Shown one piece after another: positions 38,543-50,786 of a DNA stretch of 64,000 bases. Source of the DNA: Octopus sinensis (Eukaryota); assembly GCF_006345805.1 (NCBI RefSeq), contig NC_043002.1:62310001-62374000 (forward strand), read 5' to 3'. Below the pieces are notes generated by a model, which did no database searches, was not told the origin of the DNA, and saw only the letters and a program-made list of their open reading frames with translations. The translations under genes and the position numbers were made by a program. How positions within the stretch are numbered: position 1 is the first letter of the stretch; the number at the start of each line of letters is the position of its first letter.

Positions 38543-38790
38543 ATGGCAGAAATTCAAAAGATAGTGCTCATTGGAACTGCTCATGTCCTACGTAAAATAC
38601 TTTCTATGTAATCTCAAATTTTAAAACAAACTCATAATTTTCTCATGGTTTCTTACACATTCTCTAGAACAACACTATGTATAAAACCAAATATATGGCA
38701 CCTTAGGCATAACACCAACATGAACTTCAAACTTGTTGTCTCTAGAGCTCTCTGGGTGAGACTTGGAGCCAACTTGTTAAAATGTTCACA
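38543..38790 (+). mobile_element. R4/Dong-type LINE 3' end (subfamily 1)
   Basis: AEIQKIVLIGTAHVLRKILSM*; the UTR is collinear with 51050-51275. Confidence 0.7.
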
Positions 38791-39120
38791 GAGCATAAAC
38801 TTTTGCCAAGACAATACCAAAGTCCTCTCAAACAGAGATGCTTTATAAAAGGAGAATATCTGAAATAAACTCGACTGCTCTCACAAACCAGTATACTAGT
38901 AATGAACCCGATCGCTCTCAAAAAATAAATAATCATCTCCCCTTGCAAACATAAGAACACGGGAAATGTGTCAAGGCCTACAGGAAGCGTTGCTGCTTCC
39001 TAGGGCTAAATACCAGTAGCATGATTCCCTTCATGGAACTGTCACCTTAAGTTGACAGCATACAGCTACTTAATCGTAACACTACTGCAGATATTTAGAA
39101 ATTTATTGTTTATATATATA

Positions 39121-39912
39121 CTAGCAGCATAGCCCGGCGTTGCCCGGGTATGTAAGAGCCCCTAGTAGGCAACGACTAATCCCAATCTAGTCCTTTCCCT
39201 CTAGGGAACGAAGGCGCATGTGTAGGTTGCAATGTCTTCTCTTCACTCCCAAATAACTATCAAACAGCTATCGATAATTCAACCCAACTAATTCCTACCA
39301 GGAAGAAATTACATTCGAGACTTTACCCCCAACACTTCTGCCAATAGCTGCTGCAGCCGCAAGTTATTCGAATACTTTTTTTGTTTACACTTTCTTTATA
39401 ACTACCACCCCAAACGTTTTACCTTAAATTTTTGACGTACCCTAAGGGTGCTCGGACGCTACTTGCAAACTCTTGGTTTATTATAAACCGCTTTTGTCGT
39501 GTGCATCAAAAAAACCTTTTCCATTCGTTTGTTCAGTTTGGTCACTTTTGACTTTTTCGTTGTTGTCACTCACATTGCTGCCCGCTTTTTTGCCGTTTTT
39601 GTACATTTTTATACATTTTGGGATACGTATCCCACGTATTCCGAGAGTTAAAAAGGTCGAGTTGCGTCCCCTAGATAGTCTGTAGAAAATGTGTTGCATA
39701 TAAAAAGCTTAGATTCTTGACCCATGTCGAATTTATCGATTTTTTTTCAGAACTGGGAGAACTTTTCAAATTTTCGCTGCGTTAGTTTTGAATTATGACA
39801 TTGGGCTATGTGTGTGTCAAGTTTCATCAGAATCGGTTGAAAGCCGTGGCCAGGGTGAGGGTACAACGTGACAGACACACAGACACACAGACAGACAAAC
39901 TGCCGTTTATAT

Positions 39913-39920
<8 letters not shown>
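39121..39920 (-). mobile_element. Non-autonomous Helitron (~800 bp)
   Basis: Minus-strand 3' end CCCGGGC-AAC-GCCGGG...CTAG|T (CTAG at 39121-39124). The 5' region reads TATAAACGGCAG-(TGTC)n; the exact TC start is hidden in (TA)n. Confidence 0.8.
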
Positions 39921-39943
<23 letters not shown>

Positions 39944-40569
39944 ATATATATATATATATATAATATGTGTGTATCTTCAAAAAAATTCCGGATCAACCCA
40001 TGCACCCGGAATATGTCTCCAGCATTAATAACTCTTTTGCTAGAGAGGGCCATGGTGCCCCATATATTCGCTGCTTTATTAAAGTATTTGCTATTTTATT
40101 AGAAAACAGCAAATATCACCAAAAATATTCGAAGACGGGAGCGTGAAATTCTGAGTAACAGTTTTGTGAAATTTTGGTTCTTTTAAAAAGTATTATTACT
40201 CTACCTTGTTTTCGGTCAATATTCATGCTCTTTATATAAAGATATATTTATTTTTTTCATATATTAAGTATTTTCTTATTTTCTTCTATTATTATTTTAC
40301 TTTATTCTGTTATTTCTTAATTTTCTCTTCTATTAATATTCTTCTCAATCCCTTCTTCATCATAATCATTATATGATTATTATTATTATTATTATTATTA
40401 TATCTATGAATTATTTACTCTATTAATTTTATGTATTATTATTATATTATAATATTATATATTATTATTATATTATAATATTGTAGTATTATATTGTTTC
40501 TATGTGTCTAGTATGGTATATTATATCTAATATATATAATATATTATTATATATATATTATATTGTATT

Positions 40570-40610
<41 letters not shown>

Positions 40611-40765
40611 TATATATCTATGTATATTATACATATATATATCTATATAATATATATATATATATGTATAATATATAGTTAATCCAAACATGAAAACACA
40701 ACAACGCGAGGACGTGGAACAAGTATAGTATTACTGGATCCTCAGGAAAGAAGGAAAGAATGAGG

Positions 40766-40800
40766 GTTCAACGTTTCGAGCGGAGCTCTTCGTCAGAAAC
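40766..40800 (-). ncRNA. Minimal type I hammerhead candidate in a ~160-bp module (40677-40840)
   Basis: GUUU-CUGACGA-A-GAGC-UCC-GCUC-GAAAC-GUU-GAAC. The core is intact; helix III can form only intermolecularly through the AACGUU palindrome. Confidence 0.6.
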
Positions 40801-41081
40801 ATAGGAAAAGGAAAGATCCAAAGAAGGGAAGACGTGGTCACATTTTGAATGGATATAATATATATATATAAATTTGAATAAATAACGATCTTATCTTTAT
40901 GTAAGTTTATACATTTATTCAGTCATTATATTCAGTGCGGTGATATTTTGACCGTATCGCACGAGGAGTTTTAGGCAGGCAGTTAAAACTGGTCGTGTGC
41001 ATGCGTGCATATACATGTATGTATACGTTCGTATATGTAAGTATTCGTATGTTACATATAAATATATATATATATATAATA

Positions 41082-41804
41082 TATCAGTAATAATATAGGG
41101 TGAAATTAATTAATTTGGAATAATCATTAATTTCACCAAGTAGATTTCGGCATGTAAAAGCCCCATTCAAGGAAGGTTTAAGTAATACTAAGTAATTAAG
41201 GGTTTAGCAACGATTTGCCTCACCACACACCGAGTTTAGAAATAGCAGTCAAAGAGTTATGGCTATTCTTTCTACTTAAAAGGGAGATCTCAGTAAAACC
41301 ACAGCACTTAAAAGGCAAACGCAGGCAAAAGAGAAAGAAATGACGACAATCATTCTATATTAAGTCACCTACGGACGTACGTTTCGAAATTAAGTCTTAG
41401 GAAAGCATCAAAATTAGATAATTATGTCTTACCCAACTATTTTTCTCATCAGCGTAGGACTCTAAAATTTTGAATAATTGTATATTAAATTTGGAGGTAC
41501 TAGAAGACATCACCTCAACTCATGGTATCAGAGCGAGCTTAAGCCGTTACCAGCATCACCAAATTCAAAGTGTGAATGAAAGTTTGTGTCACCAACCTCC
41601 TCCCACCAGCGTGCTGCCAGGATAAGATGTTGTGGTTATTTACTGGGATGAAATATGGTTATCAGTAATAATATAGGGTGAAATTAATTAATTGGAATAA
41701 TCATTAATTTCACCAAGTAGATTTCGGCATGTAAAAGCCCCATTCGAGAAGGTTTAAGTAATACTAAGTAATTAAGGGTTTAGCAACGATTTGCCTCACC
41801 ACAC
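41082..41804 (-). mobile_element. Direct-repeat-bounded non-coding element (PLE partial tandem or retrozyme-like)
   Basis: ~146-bp direct repeats at 41082-41228 and 41660-41804 (period 578), flanked by (TA)n, with an HHR in the interior. Confidence 0.65.
41364..41460 (-). ncRNA. Type I hammerhead ribozyme with fully canonical core
   Basis: Helix I CCUACG/CGUAGG (extends GU/AC past a UG bulge); CUGAUGA; G-C closed helix II (GAAA/UUUC) with an insert of about 50 nt; GAAAC; palindromic ACGUACGU helix III; GUC cleavage site at 41376-41374. Confidence 0.72.
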
Positions 41805-42146
41805 TATAATATATATATATATTATTATATATATATATATATATATTATATATATTATATATAATATATATATATATATATATAAATATATTATATATAT
41901 ATTTGTTTTTATGTGCTATCTGTGTATATTCCACTGATGACGCAAAGCATTTCTTATGCTGAGTCAGATATCCGGGATCTGGATTATCCAGTAAATTTTT
42001 GCTAGTTTACTTGTCTTTTTGTTTTTCTCTCCTGGTGCTATATGAACATTTACTGTGGGTTTAGTGTCAAGTTTTGGCTGCCATTTCCAGTGTGGGGTGT
42101 CTCTTTGATACCCTAAATTATAATTATATATATCTATATATATATA

Positions 42147-42184
<38 letters not shown>

Positions 42185-42719
42185 GACTACATTTATGCAA
42201 TATATACAAGACTAAATGTCTGATGCATTTCATGAGTTTCGCTGAAGAATTTTAGTTCTGTTTTAAACATCAGAATACTAAACTAGGAAACTAGAACTAA
42301 ATATCCTAATTATTTTGTATTCTTAAATTTTTGCTTCTACTTTTCGCCAATTCTTATTTCTAGCGCGCCATCTTGTCTATTGCTAATCCTTTCATTTTAT
42401 CCATTTCAATGCATTAAAACAAAAGCAGAATGACAACCAAAGGTAATAAAAGCATAAAATATGGTACGTTGCTATATTATGAATAAAAAGAAATTACTTA
42501 AACACAAGCCGTAGTTGTTGTTTTACAAAATAAAATATAGTCCAAATGTTGTTTCTTTTATTCGTTTGTCTTCTAATTCAGCCAACTCATCATTTTCATA
42601 TCGTTGGATAGTTTCTTTCGTGTACTTCTACTTTATGTGTACATGTACACCGTCTTCACCATCATCGATGTCGCCATCGTCGTGTTATCTCGCTATCACC
42701 GTCTTTAATACCAGCACTT

Positions 42720-42900
42720 ACCAAACTATAATGTGCCAACACCACCATCACCACAACTCCAGCCATTACTATCATCATCGTATTCATCGAAGTGATGTTG
42801 GTCGCTGTCGTGGTCCTACTCTCCCTTGTCCTCGTCGTCGTCGTTATCATCGTCATCATCATCTTCATCATCGCCGTTGTCGTCATCGTCGTCGTCATCG

Positions 42901-42931
<31 letters not shown>

Positions 42932-42935
42932 AATT

Positions 42936-42972
<37 letters not shown>

Positions 42973-43115
42973 TCATCATCATCTGCACTATTATCATCAT
43001 TGTCATCATGATCATCATTCCCATCATCATCTTCATCATCTTCATCATGATCATCAACTGCAGCAGTATCACAGCAGCGGCATGATTGACCCCATCATCA
43101 TCATCATCATCATTT
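42720..43115. repeat. Compound (CAT)/(CGT)n microsatellite
   Basis: Direct reading. It explains the poly-His, poly-Met and poly-Ile ORFs. Confidence 0.9.
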
Positions 43116-43536
43116 TTTAGGGCATTGCGCTATTAATACTTCCAGAATTATGATCCCATCGATGTCCTTATCACCTAATCTTTCACTGGATACTAATTTT
43201 CAAGTTGGTGATGAACGAGGCTGGTTTTATTTAAAAAGTCGACACGATTTCAGTTATTTCCTTTGTCTTATTTTCTTTGTACTAGAAATCATTATTTTTT
43301 ATTTTTATATTAGTTATTCGTTTGCATCTATCAATTTTCTCCCCCACCCTCTATCGCTAGCGTCTTGGGTGTATAAATTTGTCAAAGACAATCTCCATAG
43401 GGTCCTATCAGAAGCAACCGTAATTGAGTATAGAATTTACTCTGCTCAGGAGTTCTTCGAGGTTTCAGCCTTTGAAATTTTAAGCTCAACCTTGTAGATA
43501 TGAATTCTTTCTATGCATCTGTAGACACTTCTCATC

Positions 43537-43598
<62 letters not shown>

Positions 43599-43671
43599 GA
43601 TATATATATATATATATATATTCATAGGTACTACAGTTGTCAAGAAACTCAACTGTCAACTAAATGCCTTT

Positions 43672-43771
43672 NNNNNNNNNNNNNNNNNNNNNNNNNNNNN
43701 NNNNNNNNNNNNNNNNNNNNNNNNNNNNNNNNNNNNNNNNNNNNNNNNNNNNNNNNNNNNNNNNNNNNNNN
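43672..43771. other. Assembly gap (100 N)
   Basis: Run of exactly 100 N, the usual placeholder for a gap of unknown size. Confidence 0.99.
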
Positions 43772-44277
43772 ATTGTATCTTTCAGAGAGGAAAGGCATAA
43801 TACGTATTATAAGGATCCGTTTAGGAGAAGAAATTTGGAGCCCAAAATGGTAGAATATATCTGTATTCCAGAACAACTTATTCACTGTTGTGAACTTTGA
43901 TTTTTGTGGAGTATAATGCAACCATCATCGATTTAGACTGCTTCGAAATTAGATTTGGTTTCTATAAGACATTATTATCATATGAACGACGCATAAGGGG
44001 GCGTAATGTATATATACATACATGCATGCATACATACATATATACATACAGTGTATATATACATGTATATATATACATATATATTTATATATATATATAT
44101 ATATATACATATATATTATATATTATATCTATATACAATATATTTATATATATATATTGCATACCTATATATATACATATATATATATATACATATATAT
44201 ACATATATTATACATATATATATATTATATATATAATATATATATATATAATATATATAATATAATATATATTATAG

Positions 44278-44350
<73 letters not shown>

Positions 44351-45814
44351 TCCCTATGTAGCTGACGATATATGCATTTGTTTTCGCCTGCCTTCAAGTA
44401 GAAAAACATTTTAGATTCTTATTCTGAAAAATGGTTTAATATATATATATATATATTATATATAGATATATAGATATATATATATATATATATTATATAT
44501 AACACATAAAAATGGTAGTGGGTAATTTTGTCGATCTGAGGAGGAATAAAAAGAATACTATTATTTCGAGTTTTGTGAATAATTGCCGAAATAATAGCGT
44601 CGTTAGTTGCTACATTTAGTTCAACACACACTCACTCAACATACTTGGAAATATAAAAATAACAGGGAGAAAAAGCATCGAGTGTAATATAGACGCTGGT
44701 AATAATAACGACAACAGAAACACTGAAAACGGGCGTCAGTGCTGATACTTGCAACGAATGCAACAAATATTAACAGCAGAAACTAAACGAAAAAAGATAT
44801 ATTTTTCGCTAGTCGTTAGTGCACAAATACATTTGGGTCTGAAAATTAGAAACTGGAAATGTAGGAGAAGGATTTGGCGTCCATACATTATCGAGAAAAC
44901 CAGTAATACGACTCCTACAAGAATTATGTGAAGAATTACGGAAAGCTGAGAATTACTTTCTGTTGCATTTCCAAGCTTAAATGAGATTTGGAACATATTA
45001 CTAAGGAACTCAATGCCCACATAATCTTTGTGAGAATTGAGTTTTCTTTCCATTAGAAGACATAGTTTTTCAATCGGAAAAGCAGAAGAGAAAAATGTGT
45101 GATTGCTGAATGCCTCTGAGGAACGTTGAAGACTGCTTGTGTTGGCAAAAAATAAGATGTGCAAGTTCTGTCAAATTCCTCGCTAGGAAAATCTTTTAAC
45201 TTATGTGTGGCATCAGCTTAGGAAAGTGTGTGTAGGAGATGCAAAACCTGATATTTGTGATGTCACCTTTAGAGAAATACAGTGCTACCACTCATATGCT
45301 TCCTGTAAAAGATTCACGAGTAAAGGTGATATTACGAGAGAAAAAATGTAAAAAGTAAAAAGAAAGGTGTTCAAATTCATTTCGAATTTTACTGCTGCAA
45401 GAGGAAACAAAACTTTAATCAATCAAATTGATGTGGCATATATGACGGATATTGTAAATCTGTATATATATATATATAACAAAGAGTGAGCAAATTAGGC
45501 AATACGATACCCCGGCCTCCAGTAATACCTGTACCATCACCTTTCCAGTTTCCACTCATTTGTAAGCTTTCTTCCCCTGTTATCTATTCTACTTGACCAT
45601 TCCATTCTACTCCCACCTTCCGTACGCAATAGCTATTCCTTCAGTGCTCTGCTCGTTATGAGGAGAAATGACTCTGGTGAAATTTACATTAATTTTGTTA
45701 GGTCGTTGAATTTGCTTCAGTTGATCCATAGATAAGTTGAGTAAACCTATCAGTAATGTACCTATAATGACCACTGGAAACAGCTGTAAGACAAGTTTAT
45801 TTGTTTTAATATAT

Positions 45815-46515
45815 AAAGGGGTACTCCGTCGATTACGATGAGGTGGGTGCCAACGGAGCAGCTTGCAATCCACAGACACGTGTACTCTTAATGTAGTTCT
45901 CAGGGAGATTCAGCGTGACACAGAATGTGATAAGGCTGGTCCTTTGAAATACAGGTGGTACTCATTTTTGCCAGCTAAGTGGACTGGAGCAATGTGAAAT
46001 AAATTGTTTTGCTCAAGGACACAACGCGTCGCCGGGAATACCGTGAGCCAAATACCCTAACCACTGAATTACGCGCTTTCACTGTCTCTCTCTCTCTATA
46101 TATAAATAGTGTATATATATATATCAAAGGTGAACTCGTAGAATCGTTAGCGTGGTGGATTAAATGCTTAGCAGTATTTCGTCTGCCGCTACGTTCTGAG
46201 TTCAAATTCCGCAGAGGTCGGCTTTGCCATTCATCGTTTCGGGGTCGATAAATTAAGTACCAGTTACGCACTGGCGTCGATGTAATCGACTTAATACATT
46301 TGTCTATCCTTGTTTGTCCCCTCTATGTTTGGCCCCTTGTGGGTAATAAAGAAATACCTATTTTATGTGTTTACGTTCTGAGTTCGAATTCTGCCGAGGT
46401 CGACTTTGCCGATCATCTTTCGGAGTCGGTGAATTAAGAACCAGTTGCGTACTAGGGTTGAAGTAATCGACTGGACCCCAACCCGTTAAATTTCAGACCT
46501 TGTGCCTATAGTAGA
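45815..46515. mobile_element. SINE cluster: C tail (-), D (-), then B (+) with two modules
   Basis: Matches to 1864-2220, 11109-11339 and 12381-12977. Confidence 0.75.
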
Positions 46516-46527
46516 AATGATAATTAC

Positions 46528-46548
<21 letters not shown>

Positions 46549-46558
<10 letters not shown>

Positions 46559-46800
46559 TATTAGAGACAAAACCACTATTTTGGCAAAACAAACAAGGAA
46601 AGACTTAATCAGTACATAAAATTTTAATAAATAGTCAATTTGACTATTTATTAAATTTTAGTACTGATTAAGTCTTTCCTTGTTTGTTTGCAAAGTAGTG
46701 GTTTTGTCTCTAATAATATTTTATAATATTTTACTATAAAATTGGATTTAATCCTAAATTGATTTTTTCCCTGTAAATTTGGATTTATTCCCTAATATTT
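46549..46800. repeat. ~88-bp-arm palindrome of the 19.4-kb AT-rich family
   Basis: 46549-46638 versus 46640-46725, centred on TAGTCAA-T-TTGACTA, with a few substitutions and indels between arms. Confidence 0.85.
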
Positions 46801-46812
46801 ATTATTATATAA

Positions 46813-46845
<33 letters not shown>

Positions 46846-46865
46846 GTATGTATGAGTGTGTATGT

Positions 46866-46902
<37 letters not shown>

Positions 46903-47149
46903 TCGCAAAAGTAAGTTGGGTTATAATTAATGTCCATATTTATATCTACCGTACGCTCTTCTCTTTTAGTCATCCTTTCTCTACCACTCCAGCCTTTAGA
47001 TATGTATACCACATCCACCTGCGTACAGATACTCACAAGAATGCTTATACGTATGCACACACATACATGCATGCATATATACACGCGCATACACACACTC
47101 ACTCATACCTACTTAGATATAATCATTTCTACTATAGGAACAAGGCTAG

Positions 47150-47485
47150 TCGATAACATCAACCCCAATTATTTAATCGATTCCGAATAGTTGAAAGGAA
47201 AAGTTGACCTCGGCAGAATTTGAACTCAGAACGTAGCGGCAGACGAAATGCCTATTTCTTTACTACCCATAAGGGGCTAAACATAGAGAAGACAAACAAG
47301 GACAGACAAACGGATTAAGTCGACTACATCGACCCGAGTGCGTAATTGGTACTTATTTAATCGACCCCGAAAGGATGAAAGGCAGAGTCGACTTCGGCGG
47401 AATTTGAACTTAGGACATAGCGACAGACGAAATACCGCTAAGCATTTCGTCCGGTGTGCTAACGTTTCTGCCAGCTCGCCACCTT
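47150..47485 (-). mobile_element. SINE family B (head plus module plus partial module)
   Basis: Reverse complement of the family B consensus. Confidence 0.8.
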
Positions 47486-47607
47486 ATCTACATACAAATA
47501 ATATTAGATGAGTGTAAAAGAATAAGTTTAAATAGGTTAATGGCGATATCTTCTTAAATAAACGACTGTACCATCATATTTGGTTACACATCAGACGTTT
47601 TCTAATT

Positions 47608-47990
47608 TTAACTCCTCCTTAGCGAAGGCGGAGGTATTGTTTTCAGTCGTGTTTTTTCGTTTGTTCGTTTGTTTGCTTGTCCGTGGATAAAATATCTCAA
47701 GAACTGCTGGATGGATTCGGATAAAATCTTCAGGAATATTTGACCTCATAACTGGCTCGAACTGATTAGATTTGGGAATCGATGTGGTACCAGACAAGGA
47801 TTCTATATTATTTTTCCGGTTATTTTTACTTAATTTTTGAGGACAGTCGGGTTCATTTTTAGTAGTCTCGTTTGTGAGAGCAGTCGAGGTAATTGAGATA
47901 ATCTCATTTTAAAAATCATTTCTACCTAATCGTTGCGAAAACGTTGGTGTTGCCATGGCGGAGGTTTGTGATCTCTGAGTGCTCTTTTTA
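47608..47990 (+). mobile_element. Helentron-associated non-autonomous element (HINE/DINE-1-like)
   Basis: 5' palindrome CTCCTCC-ttagcgaa-GGCGGAG; (GTTT)n microsatellite; 3' subterminal GGCGGAGGT at 47957; a short terminal stem-loop; T-rich flanks. This is the architecture of HINEs. Confidence 0.7.
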
Positions 47991-48225
47991 ATGCTATAAT
48001 TTCTTTTTAATTCAATTGACCTTTCTTTCGCAGTTTGTTCTATTTGGGTCGTGCCCAAATTAAGCTTGCAATTTGTGTTTGGAAAAATTGCATTGCTTCA
48101 CTTTTTTTAATTATGCCTGTTTTGGTTGTAATGTTAAATAAGTGTTGTTTTTTTTTTCAGTATATTTTGCAGATCAACTGTCTACTATCGTCATACAATG
48201 TATATATACACGTCTGAATGCACAC

Positions 48226-48260
<35 letters not shown>

Positions 48261-48329
48261 TATATATATTGTTATATATATATATTGTTACATATGTGCA
48301 TATATAGATGTCTAACAGTAGTGTAGAAG

Positions 48330-48343
48330 ATGATAATAATAGC

Positions 48344-48378
<35 letters not shown>

Positions 48379-48383
48379 TAATG

Positions 48384-48469
<86 letters not shown>

Positions 48470-48508
48470 AATTATAATAATAACAACAACAACAACAATA
48501 ATAATAAT

Positions 48509-48580
<72 letters not shown>
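48330..48580. repeat. (AAT)n microsatellite
   Basis: Direct reading. It explains the poly-Asn and poly-Ile ORFs. Confidence 0.95.
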
Positions 48581-49401
48581 CTGAGAATAAATTAATTAGT
48601 GAAATTGCCAAAATGGAATCAACTGGCATTTGGATTTGGCTTTTAAAGACAAATTATTTAATTCAATTTTACTTTTCATAGATGAGGCACAATGAGCGAG
48701 ATACAGAAATAGACTTCCCTCGCCTTGAGGCTATCTGATCTCTTCTCACCGAGTTTTGTAGGCATTCAGGTAATTCGAGCGACCAAATAGGTAGGACCAA
48801 TTATTGTTTTAGATACGTGACTCAACCGATTTGAGGCACATACTGCATAATCTAGTGTACTGAAGTTAATTGCATATATAGAGTGGTTCATTCTAGATAC
48901 GAGGTACTTTCTCCACTCTCAAGTCTCTCTAGTTTCGCCTGGTTTTGTTTGTTTTTGTTATGGCTGATATTGCTGTTGCTGTTGTTGTTGTTGTTGTTGT
49001 TGTGGATGAGATTATCGCGGGCGTATGATAAAAAATTATCAACAATGAGATCTGAGAAAAAAATATTCAATCCTGTACGTACCTGATTATTTACATCTGA
49101 CTGATTATTTAAGGACACTTTTATATAAGTCTAGCGCTTGAGCTGGATAAAAATGTTGTTATTATTTCTTGGAAGTATAGCCATTAGCTTTAGCCTCCTT
49201 CTCTGTCTCATCTGCATAGTTTCCTATTCTACTGATATCCAGGCAAGTGTACTGGAGAAATAAGGTACTAATGAAGCAGATATTCTTGTCTTCCTTTCCT
49301 TGTTTGTATCGGGCGATTGCAACTCGAGACATATTTAATAACCTTTTAGTGAATATCTACGAAGCAAAGATGAAAAAAAAAAGGAAATTAAATTCTGATT
49401 G

Positions 49402-49452
<51 letters not shown>

Positions 49453-49609
49453 ATATGAGAGAGAATCCCTATGTGGACGCTCTCTCTCATATTTGTGGAT
49501 TAATAATATTTACTGAATCTCAGTCTTTTATACGCTAGGCACTGGAGTTTAATGATTGTTATTAAATTAATATCCAATTTTTCACCCTCATTTTGACTTT
49601 AATTATATA

Positions 49610-49645
<36 letters not shown>

Positions 49646-50007
49646 TGTATGTATATAGACTTTTGGATGTAAAATTTATTTTGTAACTAAATGAAGGTGT
49701 TCAGATACAGAAATTAAATTGCAAAATTAACCCCATTTGGCAAAATACTTTAGCGTGTAAAAGTTGTCTCTGCAATTTTTGTCGTTGATGTTACTGGTAA
49801 CAGCTTCAGCCAAATGACTTCTAGTAGTGCCAACGCCTTCAGAAACGTCACTCTTTTTTTTCTTTTAAGATATCAATCCAATCTTGAAGAATATTTTATT
49901 CCATTTTCTGCTGTATACAGAGTTGTTTCGCAATACTTTGAATGCGATGGTCATTAACCTACTATTTCATTCGATCTTTTATTCTTACTCGCTTCATTCG
50001 TTCGTTC

Positions 50008-50038
<31 letters not shown>

Positions 50039-50099
50039 TTCTTTCTTTCTTTTCTTTCGTCCTTTATTTATCTCTCTCTCTCTTAGAGTAGTCTTTGGA

Positions 50100-50137
<38 letters not shown>

Positions 50138-50621
50138 TCTCATTGTCTATGTCTGCTTATCTCTGTCTCTCTATCTGTACCTCTTCTCTTCATTTCGCAC
50201 TGAATTTAAGCAAATTCAATCAAAATGAGTTCGTTATTTTTTTTTGCTTCTTTTTCTGCCGGAATTTATTGAGTGAACTAAAAGTTTCTCAACTTTGGAC
50301 TAAAGATACGGCAGGAGGTCACGCAGGAAACCTCTGAAATTAAATGAAAAAAAGAAGAAAAAACAGAAATCAACAAAATGAAATCCTGGAAACGATATGT
50401 AACACATCTTGTCTGGACAGGATGCAAGAAGAGAAAATAAAGAAAAAGATATTAGTACAAACATGATTACCATCACGACCACCACCAAAACGTACAGCAG
50501 CAGCGACAATAAAGATGATATTGATGAAGATGATGATGACGATGATGATGATGATGACGACGACGACAATGATGATGATGATGAAGATGATTGTGATGAT
50601 GAGGATGTGGAGGCAATTCAC

Positions 50622-50677
<56 letters not shown>

Positions 50678-50717
50678 TAATAACAATAATAATAATAATA
50701 ACAACAACAACAACAAC

Positions 50718-50770
<53 letters not shown>

Positions 50771-50786
50771 TAATAATAATAATAAT

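Noticed and set aside
42515-43120. 201-aa His-rich ORF
   Set aside because: It is a translation of (CAT)/(CGT)n microsatellite; other frames give poly-Met and poly-Ile, and no splice or codon evidence supports it.
44730-45800. Possible decayed transposase and R4-like remnants (REIQCYHSYASCKRF; FPVVIIGTL)
   Set aside because: Too degenerate to assign by eye.
48682-48769. Candidate exon with good splice signals
   Set aside because: Stop codons in all three frames and no supporting context.
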